DNA from: Thermoanaerobaculia bacterium
Lineage (GTDB): Bacteria > Acidobacteriota > Thermoanaerobaculia > UBA5066
DNA length: 64,000 nucleotides
Direction: 5' to 3'
NCBI GenBank assembly: GCA_963816185.1
Contig: CAWFJJ010000008.1
Location: forward strand, 256,001 to 320,000
Shown: positions 21,247 through 30,131 of the stretch, in pieces
How positions within the stretch are numbered: the stretch's first letter is position 1
How the letters are laid out: each line of letters starts with the position of its first letter
The notes under the pieces: generated by a model
Seen by the model: the letters and a program-made list of their open reading frames with translations, nothing else
What the model was told of the DNA's origin: nothing
Databases searched by the model: none
Program-made: the position numbers and the translations under genes

Positions 21247-22155
21247 TCAGAACGGTGTGAGCGATTCCTGCATGTGTACGAATGCGCCGTCGTTGGTCCC
21301 CGTGTCCTTCCAGACGACGTATCCGGCGAGCTGCGAGGTGCCGGCCACCGCCTCGGCGAAGACGATCAGCGAAGGCGCTCCGGCCGGAAACTGATACGCG
21401 TTAGTCCCTCCGACGTTGAAGATGTCGCTGATCTGGGTCATCTGCCCGGGCGCGAGGACGAACGTCGGCTGTGTTCCGACGGGCGCGCCGGTGCTCGGAT
21501 CGACGAACGTGAGGCGCACGGTGAGAGGGGCGTCGACCGGATCGCCGGCATCGTCAATCCCGACGTTCTCGATCCCGATGTTGGTCAGGAGGCCGTCCCC
21601 GTTGCGAAGGAGGCCGGCCAGGGCATGGGCGCCTCCCGTGTGGAGCGGCCGGGCGCGGTATGCGGTGCCGTTCGTCGGACCGGCGCTCCCGTTGGCGAAG
21701 CTCCAGACGCGCGCGACGGCGGTCGCCTCGCTCCCCGTGCGGAAGGCCGCGTTGTCGAACGTCAGGAGCATCGTGCCGAACGTGTTCTCGGCCTGACCGG
21801 GCGGGATGATCCCGGCGGACGCCAGCGACAGGAGGACGTCCTCCGTGTGGATGTTGTCGAATCCGAGCAGCGTCCCGAAGGAGCCGCTGCGGGTCGCGGA
21901 CCCGTCGGCCGGCGTGTAGAAGAAATCGACGTCCGTGGGCTGGGCGGTGTTGTTCGTGATGTCGAGCGACGTGAAGAACTTGGTCGAAAAGCCGCGCGTT
22001 CTCGCGACGACCGGCAGGTCGACCGAGAAGCCTCCGCCTGCGCTCAAGACCCGGATTGCAAAAGGCCGCGACAGCGGGACCGCCTGCGGAGCGCGGGCGA
22101 AGGACGGGCCGGCGGCGGCGAGGCCGAGACAGAGGAGAGAGAGGCGGAGCTTCAT
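21247..22155 (-). CDS. Secreted beta-rich hypothetical protein
   Basis: Signal peptide MKLRLSLLCLGLAAAGPSFA; TNIG..N and DTGTND motifs; clean codon bias. Confidence 0.7.
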   Translation of the reverse strand: MKLRLSLLCLGLAAAGPSFARAPQAVPLSRPFAIRVLSAGGGFSVDLPVVARTRGFSTKFFTSLDITNNTAQPTDVDFFYTPADGSATRSGSFGTLLGFDNIHTEDVLLSLASAGIIPPGQAENTFGTMLLTFDNAAFRTGSEATAVARVWSFANGSAGPTNGTAYRARPLHTGGAHALAGLLRNGDGLLTNIGIENVGIDDAGDPVDAPLTVRLTFVDPSTGAPVGTQPTFVLAPGQMTQISDIFNVGGTNAYQFPAGAPSLIVFAEAVAGTSQLAGYVVWKDTGTNDGAFVHMQESLTPF

Positions 22156-22164
22156 GGCGTCACC

Positions 22165-23548
22165 TCAGAGCGACTTCAGGTACTCGACGAGATCGTTCTT
22201 CTCGCCCGGGGTGAGAGAGAGGCTCTTGAAGGAGTCGTAGTGATTCACGACGTCGAGGAGGGTCGGGAAGCGGCCGTCGTGGTAGAAGCCCCCCTTCGTG
22301 CGCGCGAAGAGGCTGCGGAGAGGCGTCGTGCGATAGCGCTTGTCTGGGGAGCGGCTGGATTGGAAGTCGTCGATGCCGATCTCCTCCGGCGCGTGCAGGT
22401 TCCAGCCGGGCTCGGTCGTGAGCGGGCTGACGTGGCAGGACGCGCACTGCCCCTTCTCGGCGAAGAGGACTCCTCCGCGCTCGGCGGCGGCGGCGTCGAA
22501 GCTGCCGGCCGGCGGAGTCGGGGCCGGAATCGAGAGCTGGTAGTAATGCAGGGGTCCGAGCTTCGCGGTGACCTGGTCCTCGCCCTCGGCGGCCTGCGTG
22601 TGGCCGGAATGCGCGCGAGCGGCAACGGGGAACTGCGTGGCGTCGTCCAGGCGCGGGTCGTAGAAAGTACCCTTGCCGTGCATCTCGAGAACCGCGACGA
22701 AGGCGTTCCAATACGTCATCGAGCCCCAGCCCGTGTACGTGCTGAGGTTCGTGCCCGCGAGGCCGAACGCGGCCGGGATGAGCGTCGCCGCCGACTTGCC
22801 ATCCGGCCGGAACGCCTTTCCGTCGAGGAAGAGCTCCGCGTCGAACCTTCCGGGGCCCCAGCTCGCGAGGACCGTGCGGGTCGTCGCGTCGCTGACGCCG
22901 AGGAAGCTGTCGACGGCCGAGAGGTCCGGCGACAGGGCCACGATGGCCCCGACGTTGAGGTCGCGGTTCGGCCATCCGTCGAGGCGATGACCGATGCCGG
23001 GAGCGAACGAATCGTCGACGGTCGAGTGACAGAACGAGCACTGAATTCCGAGCGAGACGATCTTCTTGTCCGGGGAGAAGCGGCCGGTCACGCCGACGAC
23101 CGCGTCGAGCTGCAGTAGAGCCAGCGTCGTCGCCGGATCGTCCAGACTGATCGCGCCGGACTTGATTCCCGAAACGACCGCGGGGGGCAGAGCGTCGGCG
23201 TCCACCTTCAGGCCCACGGCAAGCGCGGTTTTCGGGCTCACACCCGGACCGACTCCTCCGTTCGCCGACCCGGCGATGGCCTCGTGAAGCTTGAGCGTGT
23301 CGCCCCAGAACGCCTCGTCGCCGAACGTGTCGTAGCGGAAGATCTGCCGCCCTTCGTCCAGCATCCTGTGGCTGCTCACGGTGATGACCCGGTCGAACTG
23401 ACCGCCCGATCCCCGCGAGCCGGCCACGACGTCGTTCGGCGAAGGCCGTCGACTGCGCATTGGCGGCCCGGCCGCCGCGGAGAGCGCCGACGAGAATCAG
23501 AACGCTGACGAGAGGAGACAGTGTGAAGAGAGAGATTTTCTTCTTCAT
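22165..23548 (-). CDS. Secreted dihaem cytochrome c (peroxidase/MauG-superfamily-like); apparent frameshift near 23446
   Basis: CSFCH, CASCH, YRTTPL..GGFYHDG..TL.DVV.HY; signal peptide MKKKISLF... lies in a different frame upstream. Confidence 0.75.
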
Positions 23549-23552
23549 GGCG

Positions 23553-23978
23553 TTAGGCGGCGGACGTCGAGGGGCCGCGAGCGCGGATGGCAGAAGGAAT
23601 GGCTTCGCCCTGGCGGATCTCGCTCAGGCGGCCGAGGACGAACGCGCCGCACGCCATCCCGAGGTCGCGCACGGCCACGTCGAAATAGTGTCCGGTCGTG
23701 ACGAGGTTGAGCGCGATCACCGTGAGCCACCCGGCCACGACGTAGCCGCCGAGCCGCGTGATGCCGACGAGGATCGCGATTCCGGCAGTGATCTCGATCA
23801 CACCCGCGACGCGCATGAGCGTTCCCGCCGAAATCGGCGCCAGGCGCAGAACCAGCGGGCTCGCGTACTGCTCCCAGTTGGTCAACAGGTTCAGGAACTT
23901 GTCGAGCCCTGCGAGGAAAGCGGTCAGCCCGAAGGCGATGCGAAGAGTCCAGAAGGCAGACGTGAGTCGCGTGTCCAT
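23553..23978 (-). CDS. DoxX-like membrane protein
   Basis: LRIAFG..FLAGLDKF...W..Y, GVIEI, DVAVRD. Confidence 0.75.
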   Translation of the reverse strand: MDTRLTSAFWTLRIAFGLTAFLAGLDKFLNLLTNWEQYASPLVLRLAPISAGTLMRVAGVIEITAGIAILVGITRLGGYVVAGWLTVIALNLVTTGHYFDVAVRDLGMACGAFVLGRLSEIRQGEAIPSAIRARGPSTSAA

Positions 23979-24199
23979 GAATGGGTGTCCTCCGATTCGG
24001 GTTAGTGCGTCGTCGTGACGCGAGTGAATGAAGGGAGATTTCGGGTGGGCCTGCATGCGAGTACAGAGTCCGGAACGAGACCGAGGGTTCCCGAGCTGGA
24101 AACGGGCAGGACTTCGAAATGCGACTGGCGCCCTTGCAGTCGACTTCTGGCGTCAGGGGGACAAATCTGTTCGGATCCAGAGCAACGCCGGCTCGGCTG

Positions 24200-24892
24200 T
24201 CAGGCGCCTCTGCTTTGCTCCTCGGCTATCTTTTGCATGACGATCGTCACGATCCGGGTGCATCGGGAGTCTCCGAAGGAAAATGCCGTAAGGATCCCTT
24301 GCCCGGCACGTGCGAGCAGGTGGCTCTCGATCTGGCGGCGCGCCCGATGAAGGCGCGTCTTCACGGTCTCTTCCTTCAGTCCCAGGCACTCGGCGGTCTC
24401 GGCCTGGTTCATCTGCTCGATCTCCCGCATGACGAAGACCTCGCGGAAGGAATCGGGCAGGTGGTCGACGGCTTCCTCGATCAGTCGTTTCAGCTCGTGC
24501 CGGGCCGCATTCTGTTCGGGATCGGGAAGGTTGCTGCGGAGCTCCACGACACGGCCCTCGTCGTCGCCCACGGTGACCTCCAGCGGCTGGAGCCTTCTGC
24601 CTCGCCGAGCGCGGGCCATCGCCTCGTAGACGGCGATTTTCGTCAGCCAGGTGGCGAAGCTCGACCGGCCCTCGAACTGGTCGAGGTGGCTGTACGCCTT
24701 GAGGTAGGCCTCCTGGAGCACATCCTCGGCGTCGGAGTCGGTTCCGAGGATGGACCGGATGATCCGGTAGAGCCTCTGGTTGTACCTGCGCATCACGATT
24801 TCGAAGAGGGCGATCTCCCCCTGCTTCACGCGGCCGACGACGGTTTCATCGTCGAGGATGGCGAGCGCGACGGGCTTCGGATCGGCCTGCAT
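24200..24892 (-). CDS. ECF RNA polymerase sigma factor
   Basis: Region 2 DAEDVLQEAY / FATWLTKIA, region 4 ETVKTRLHRAR; C-terminal FSFGDSRC extension. Confidence 0.92.
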   Translation of the reverse strand: MQADPKPVALAILDDETVVGRVKQGEIALFEIVMRRYNQRLYRIIRSILGTDSDAEDVLQEAYLKAYSHLDQFEGRSSFATWLTKIAVYEAMARARRGRRLQPLEVTVGDDEGRVVELRSNLPDPEQNAARHELKRLIEEAVDHLPDSFREVFVMREIEQMNQAETAECLGLKEETVKTRLHRARRQIESHLLARAGQGILTAFSFGDSRCTRIVTIVMQKIAEEQSRGA

Positions 24893-25035
24893 GTGCTCTT
24901 ACAGAGTCCCAGGCCAGTCTAGAGGTTCCCGATCCGTTCGTTTTCGCTGTCGGTCTCGGGACGACCCGGTCGCCCCGCCGACTCCGGCCTAATTCGACAC
25001 GGCCAACGAGCCCCGGATATGATATATGGGATCCC

Positions 25036-25500
25036 ATGGAAGATCGGAAGGCCGTCCTCGACTCGATCCGCCGGATCGTCCGCGCGGTAAGGCTTTCTTC
25101 CCGGTCGTCCGAATCGGCCGTCGGGCTGAGCGCCGCGCAGCTCTTCGTCCTCCAGAAGCTCGCCGAGCACGATGGCCTGTCGATCAATGAGCTCGCAAGC
25201 GAGACCCTGACCCACCAGAGCTCCGTCTCGGTCGTCGTCTCGAAACTGGCGGCACGGAGGCTCGTCCGTCGCACGATCTCCCGCCTGGACAGGCGTCGGA
25301 CCTTGATCTCTCTCTCCGCAAAGGGACGTCGGGCGCTGGCAGGCGCTCCGGAGGCGATGCAGGTCCGGCTGATCGCGGCCCTCGACGACCTTTCCGAGGC
25401 CGACGTCACGCGGCTGGCGAGGCTCCTGGCCCGGTGGACCGATGCCGCGGGGATCGCCGGCACCGTCCCAACGCTCTTCGGAGAAGAAGAAAGACGATGA
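25036..25500 (+). CDS. MarR-family transcriptional regulator
   Basis: GLSAAQLFVL, HQSSVS, DRRR..ISLSAKG winged helix. Confidence 0.88.
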   Translation: MEDRKAVLDSIRRIVRAVRLSSRSSESAVGLSAAQLFVLQKLAEHDGLSINELASETLTHQSSVSVVVSKLAARRLVRRTISRLDRRRTLISLSAKGRRALAGAPEAMQVRLIAALDDLSEADVTRLARLLARWTDAAGIAGTVPTLFGEEERR

Positions 25501-27263
25501 AAAAGGGAATCCGGGGCGATTTCTCCGCCGACCGGCGGCTGCTCCAGCTGTCCGCGATCTCGATCGGGATCGGCGCCGTCTGCTCGCTGGTCGCAGTCCT
25601 GCTGCTCTCCATGATCGCCTGCTTCACGAACCTTTTCTTCTACGGCCGGCTCTCGTTGACATCGCGCGGCCCGGCCGGGAGCCCGCTCGGCGCATGGATG
25701 ATCGCCGTGCCCGTCGCCGGCGGGCTGATCGTCGGCCTCATCGCGCGGTACGGGTCGGAGAAGATCCGGGGCCATGGCATTCCCGAGGCGCTGGAGGCGA
25801 TCCTGTTCGGCAAGAGCCTCATTTCGCCGAAAGTGGCGATCCTCAAGCCGCTTTCGTCGGCGATCTCGATCGGATCGGGGGGGCCATTCGGGGCCGAAGG
25901 ACCGATCATCATGACCGGCGGCGCATTCGGGTCGATCATCGCCCAGTGGTTTCACCTCTCGGCGGCAGAGAGGAAGACGTTGCTCGTCGCCGGAGCGGCG
26001 GCCGGGATGTCGGCGACCTTCGCGTCCCCGATCGCCGCGGTCCTCCTGGCCGTGGAGCTCCTTCTGTTCGAGTGGAAGCCCCGCAGCCTGATCCCCGTGG
26101 CGCTGGCGAGCGCGGTTGCCGCCGCGATACGTCCCCACCTGCTCGGCTCGGGACCGCTCTTCCCGGTTCCCGCCCACGGGGCCATCGGGTGGCCGGGGCT
26201 GCTGGGAGCGGCCGCCGTCGGTCTCGCCGCGGGAGCGTTCTCGTCGGGGCTCAGCACCGCGCTCTACGCTTTCGAGGACGCGTTCGAGCATCTCCCGTTC
26301 CACTGGATGTGGCGCCCGGCCCTCGGCGGCTTGATTGTCGGGATCGGCGGGTTCTTCCAGCCCCGGGCCCTCGGCGTAGGCTACGACGTCATCGGGGACC
26401 TCTTGCAGGGGCACATGGCGCTCTCGTTGATCGTCGGACTCCTCCTCGTGAAGTGCGGCATCTGGCTGGTGTCCCTCGCCTCCGGGACGTCGGGCGGCGT
26501 CGTGGCCCCGCTTCTGATCATGGGGTGCGGGCTCGGCGCGGTGGAGTCGGCGCTCCTGCCCGCCGCCGCAGGCAGCGCCTCCCTCTGGCCGCTCGTCAGC
26601 ATGGCGGCCGTGCTGGGCGGAATGATGCGCGCCCCGTTCACCGCGGTGATCTTCGCGCTGGAGCTTTCCCACGACGTTCAGGCACTGCCGCCGCTCCTGA
26701 TCGCGGCGATCGCCGCCTACGGGTTCACCGTCCTCACGATGAAGCGTTCGATCCTCACCGAGAAGGTGGCCCGCAGGGGCTACGACATTTTTCGGGAGTA
26801 CGAGGTCGACCCCCTCGAGCGATCTCGAGTCGCGGAAGCGATGACGGGAGCCGTCACGACGATCCCGGCATCCCTCGCGGCGAACCGCGTCTATGACGAG
26901 TACTTCTCCTCGAGCCTCAAGCACCGGGGCTTTCCCGTGGTCGACGCGGCGGGGCTCCTCGTCGGCGTCCTGACGATGTCGGATCTCATGGAGGATTCCC
27001 TCCTCGAGAAGGATCTCTCCCTGACAGCCCGCGACCTCGTGAAGCGCGAGCCCATCGTGGCTTATCCCCATGAGACATGCCGGCAGGCCGCCGAGCGGAT
27101 GGCGGCTTCGGGCATCGGACGCCTTCCCGTTCTCTCCGCGGACGAGCCTGGCAAGCTGATCGGCATCCTCACGCGCAGCGATCTCCTGAAGCCGAGGCTC
27201 CAGCGCTTCGAGGAGGAGAAGGTCGTCGAGCGCCGTTTCGGCGGCAGGACGAGGCCTGTCTAG
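25497..27263 (+). CDS. ClC chloride channel/antiporter with CBS pair
   Basis: GHGIPE, GAEGP, SGGVVAP, C-terminal CBS domains (GILTRSD). Confidence 0.92.
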   Translation: MKKGIRGDFSADRRLLQLSAISIGIGAVCSLVAVLLLSMIACFTNLFFYGRLSLTSRGPAGSPLGAWMIAVPVAGGLIVGLIARYGSEKIRGHGIPEALEAILFGKSLISPKVAILKPLSSAISIGSGGPFGAEGPIIMTGGAFGSIIAQWFHLSAAERKTLLVAGAAAGMSATFASPIAAVLLAVELLLFEWKPRSLIPVALASAVAAAIRPHLLGSGPLFPVPAHGAIGWPGLLGAAAVGLAAGAFSSGLSTALYAFEDAFEHLPFHWMWRPALGGLIVGIGGFFQPRALGVGYDVIGDLLQGHMALSLIVGLLLVKCGIWLVSLASGTSGGVVAPLLIMGCGLGAVESALLPAAAGSASLWPLVSMAAVLGGMMRAPFTAVIFALELSHDVQALPPLLIAAIAAYGFTVLTMKRSILTEKVARRGYDIFREYEVDPLERSRVAEAMTGAVTTIPASLAANRVYDEYFSSSLKHRGFPVVDAAGLLVGVLTMSDLMEDSLLEKDLSLTARDLVKREPIVAYPHETCRQAAERMAASGIGRLPVLSADEPGKLIGILTRSDLLKPRLQRFEEEKVVERRFGGRTRPV

Positions 27264-27290
27264 AACGGCGTCGAGAAGGAGCGAAGAGGA

Positions 27291-29582
27291 ATGTCGAGCG
27301 ACCCTTCGGAGAAGCAGCTCTCGTCGTGGTGGCGCCACGCCGTCATCCTCGTGATGGCGCTCGGCTTCAGCCTGCTCACGCTCGTGACCGTCCTCACGTA
27401 CACGAACGCGCCGCCCATCCCGGAGCGGGTGACCGACGCCGCCGGGTCAACCCTCTTCACGCGGGAGAATATCGAGCACGGGCAGGAGGTCTTCCTCAAG
27501 CACGGCCTCATGGAGCACGGGACGCTCTGGGGCCACGGAGCGTATCTCGGCCCGGACTACACCGCCGAGTACCTGCACCGGCTGGCGGAGATCACCCGTG
27601 ACGCCCGCGCCCGTGAGCGTTATGGCCGCCCGTACGCTGAGCTCGATCCGGACGCGGCTTCGGCCGTAGATGCGGCCGTGCACAACCTGTTGAAGGAGAA
27701 CCGCTACGACTCGGGCACCGATACGCTCCGGTTCTCGGCGTCCGAGGCGGCGGCCTGGCAGACGCAGAAGGCGGAGTGGGCCGACTACTTCTCGGGGAAG
27801 ACGCCGGCACCGGGCCTGCCCGCGAAGTACATCCGCGGTGGGGCCGAGCTCGAAGACCTCGACTCGTACTTCGCGTGGGCGGCGTGGGCGACGGTCGCGA
27901 ACCGGCCCGGGAAGGACTACTCCTACACCAACAACTGGCCGTACGAACCGGCCGTCGGCAACCGGCCGAGCGCGTCGGCCTATCTGTGGAGCGCGCTCAG
28001 CCTCGTGACTCTCCTCGCGGGGCTCGGGACCGTCCTGTTCGCCTTTGGCCGGTTCGATTATCTCGGCTGGCACGGGCCGTCGGCGAGCGGACACGTGCAC
28101 GACAGCATCCTCGCCCGCTGGACCCTGACGCCGAGCCAGAAGGCGGGCGGCCTCTACTTTGGAGTGGTCGCGCTGCTGTTCCTGCTCCAGGCGTTCGCGG
28201 GGGGCGCCCTCGCCCACTACCGTGTCGAGTCCGGCGCCTTTTACGGGATCGACCTCGCGCGTATCTTCCCCTACAACCTGCTCCGGACATTCCACCTTCA
28301 GCTCGCCATCTTCTGGATCGCCACCGCGTGGGTCGCAGGCGGCCTCTTTCTCGCGCCGATCGTCGGCGGCACCGAGCCCCGGGGGCAGCGGGCGGGCGCC
28401 CTCGGGCTGCTCGCGGCCCTCGCGGTCGTCGTCTTCGGAAGCCTCGGCGGCGAATGGCTGGGTCTCAACGATCGCCTGGGCACGCTCTGGTTCTGGCTCG
28501 GCCACCAGGGCTCGGAATACCTGGATCTCGGTCGCTTCTGGCAGCTCTTGCTGGCGGCCTCTCTCGCGGGCTGGCTTGTCCTCATGTACCGGGCGCTGCG
28601 CCCGGCAATCCGCGACCGGCAGCGGTCCGAGCTGGCCTCGCTCTTCCTCTACGCCGCGGCCGCGATCCCGCTCTTCTACCTGCCCGCGCTCTTCTTCGGC
28701 CCCCGCACCAATTTCGCCGTGATCGACAACTGGCGCTTCTGGATCATCCACCTGTGGGTGGAGGGCTTCTTCGAGCTGTTCGCCACCGTGCTCGTCGCCG
28801 TGATGTTCGTGATCCTGGGTCTCGTCACGACCCGCACCGCCACGCGCGTCATCTACCTGGATGCGATCCTCTACCTGGCCGGCGGCATCGTGGGGACCGG
28901 CCACCACTGGTACTTCACCGGCCAGGGAACTCTCAACATGGGCCTGGCCGCGTGCTTCTCCGCGCTGGAGGTGGTCCCGCTCACCCTTCTCACGCTCGAC
29001 GCCTGGGACTTCGTCCGCCTCCGTGAGAGGCGGTGCGACGACTGCCATGAGACGTTCGCGGGCCGTCACCGCTGGGCGATCTACTTTCTGATGGCCGTGG
29101 GCTTCTGGAACTTCGTTGGCGCGGGAATCTTCGGTTTCCTGATCAACCTGCCGATCGTCTCGTACTTCGAGGTCGGCACCGCCCTGACGAATAACCACGC
29201 CCACGGGGCGCTCTTCGGCGTCTTCGGGATGCTCGCGCTGGCCGTGCTCGTCTTCTGCCTGCGTCTTCTGGCCGACGATGCGGTATGGGCACGCGCGGAG
29301 CGCTGGATCCGGATGGGCTTCTGGGGGCTGAACGCGGGGCTCGCGCTCATGATGACGATCGATCTCTTTCCGTCGGGCGTCCTGCAACTGTGGGACGTCC
29401 TCGAGAACGGCTACTGGCACGCCCGGCGGCTCACGTACCTCATGAGCGGGACGTTCCACGCGCTGGAGTGGGCGCGTGTCGCCGCCGACGGAGTGTTCCT
29501 CGTAATCGGGGTCGTCCCGCTGGTCCTGGCGGTCGCCGTCCTGCTCCTCGCCCCCCGCAAGGGTGGAGCGCCCGTGTCGTGA
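27291..29582 (+). CDS. norB: Quinol-dependent nitric oxide reductase (qNOR)
   Basis: GHGAYLGPD, SYTNNWP, HLQLAIFW, HLWVEGFFE, GTGHH, EVVPL, NHAHGALFG. Confidence 0.95.
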   Translation: MSSDPSEKQLSSWWRHAVILVMALGFSLLTLVTVLTYTNAPPIPERVTDAAGSTLFTRENIEHGQEVFLKHGLMEHGTLWGHGAYLGPDYTAEYLHRLAEITRDARARERYGRPYAELDPDAASAVDAAVHNLLKENRYDSGTDTLRFSASEAAAWQTQKAEWADYFSGKTPAPGLPAKYIRGGAELEDLDSYFAWAAWATVANRPGKDYSYTNNWPYEPAVGNRPSASAYLWSALSLVTLLAGLGTVLFAFGRFDYLGWHGPSASGHVHDSILARWTLTPSQKAGGLYFGVVALLFLLQAFAGGALAHYRVESGAFYGIDLARIFPYNLLRTFHLQLAIFWIATAWVAGGLFLAPIVGGTEPRGQRAGALGLLAALAVVVFGSLGGEWLGLNDRLGTLWFWLGHQGSEYLDLGRFWQLLLAASLAGWLVLMYRALRPAIRDRQRSELASLFLYAAAAIPLFYLPALFFGPRTNFAVIDNWRFWIIHLWVEGFFELFATVLVAVMFVILGLVTTRTATRVIYLDAILYLAGGIVGTGHHWYFTGQGTLNMGLAACFSALEVVPLTLLTLDAWDFVRLRERRCDDCHETFAGRHRWAIYFLMAVGFWNFVGAGIFGFLINLPIVSYFEVGTALTNNHAHGALFGVFGMLALAVLVFCLRLLADDAVWARAERWIRMGFWGLNAGLALMMTIDLFPSGVLQLWDVLENGYWHARRLTYLMSGTFHALEWARVAADGVFLVIGVVPLVLAVAVLLLAPRKGGAPVS

Positions 29583-29621
29583 CGTTCGGAAGTCGGGGGA
29601 GCCGCCTCTCGCAATCCCGGC

Positions 29622-29635
29622 ATGACGCCGGTCAT
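29622..29635. promoter_or_regulatory. Putative Crp/Fnr-family box ATGAC-N4-GTCAT
   Basis: ATGACGCCGGTCAT, 35 bp upstream of the DUF2249 gene start (same spacing as at 8262). Confidence 0.65.
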
Positions 29636-29670
29636 GGCGGCCGGGACGCCCAGGGCCCAGATTTCGGGCC

Positions 29671-29925
29671 ATGGCCGACTCCCCTCCCCCCGACGTGATC
29701 CTCGACGTACGGCCCGACCTGGCACGCGGCGAAGAGCCGCTAACGAAGATCCTGACGGCGGCTCGCGCCATCCAGCCGGGAGGACGGCTCGTCGTCCAGG
29801 CGCCGTTCGAGCCTTTTCCCCTCTACGGCGTCCTCGCAAAGCAGGGCTTCTCGAGCGCGTCGGAAAACCTCGGCTCCGAAGGATTCCGAGTCACGTTTCA
29901 TCGTCAGAAGACGGCCGAGCCGTGA
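29671..29925 (+). CDS. DUF2249 domain protein
   Basis: LDVRPDL.RGEEP..KI, APFEP.PLY.VL...GF. Confidence 0.85.
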   Translation: MADSPPPDVILDVRPDLARGEEPLTKILTAARAIQPGGRLVVQAPFEPFPLYGVLAKQGFSSASENLGSEGFRVTFHRQKTAEP

Positions 29926-30131
29926 CGGAAATCCTCGACCTCAGGGGCCTCCCGCCTCCGGAGCCCCTCGTGCGCGCGCTCGAGGCCGTCGAGGCGCTGT
30001 CCGACGGCGACGAGCTCGTCGTCCTGACAGAACGGCGTCCCGTTCACCTCCTGCCGCTCCTTGCGGAGCGCGGGGTCGAGGTGGCGGTGCGCGAGCTCGC
30101 GGATGGTCATGAGATCCGCCTCCGGCGATAG
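29922..30131 (+). CDS. DUF2249/TusA-like small protein
   Basis: GTG start; LDLRGLPPPEPLVRALEA, R.PVHLLP.L.ERG. Confidence 0.8.
   Translation: MTEILDLRGLPPPEPLVRALEAVEALSDGDELVVLTERRPVHLLPLLAERGVEVAVRELADGHEIRLRR

Noticed and set aside
24126-24138. TGGCGCCCTTGCA resembling a sigma54 promoter
   Set aside because: GG-to-GC spacing is too short for -24/-12 and the orientation does not fit the neighbouring genes.
24237-24250. ATGACGATCGTCAC, near-match to the ATGAC box
   Set aside because: One mismatch, inside the sigma factor CDS and far from a start codon.
27291-29582. Possibility that the qNOR is an NO dismutase
   Set aside because: HLWVEGFFE, GTGHH, HAH and the quinol-site His and Asp are canonical.
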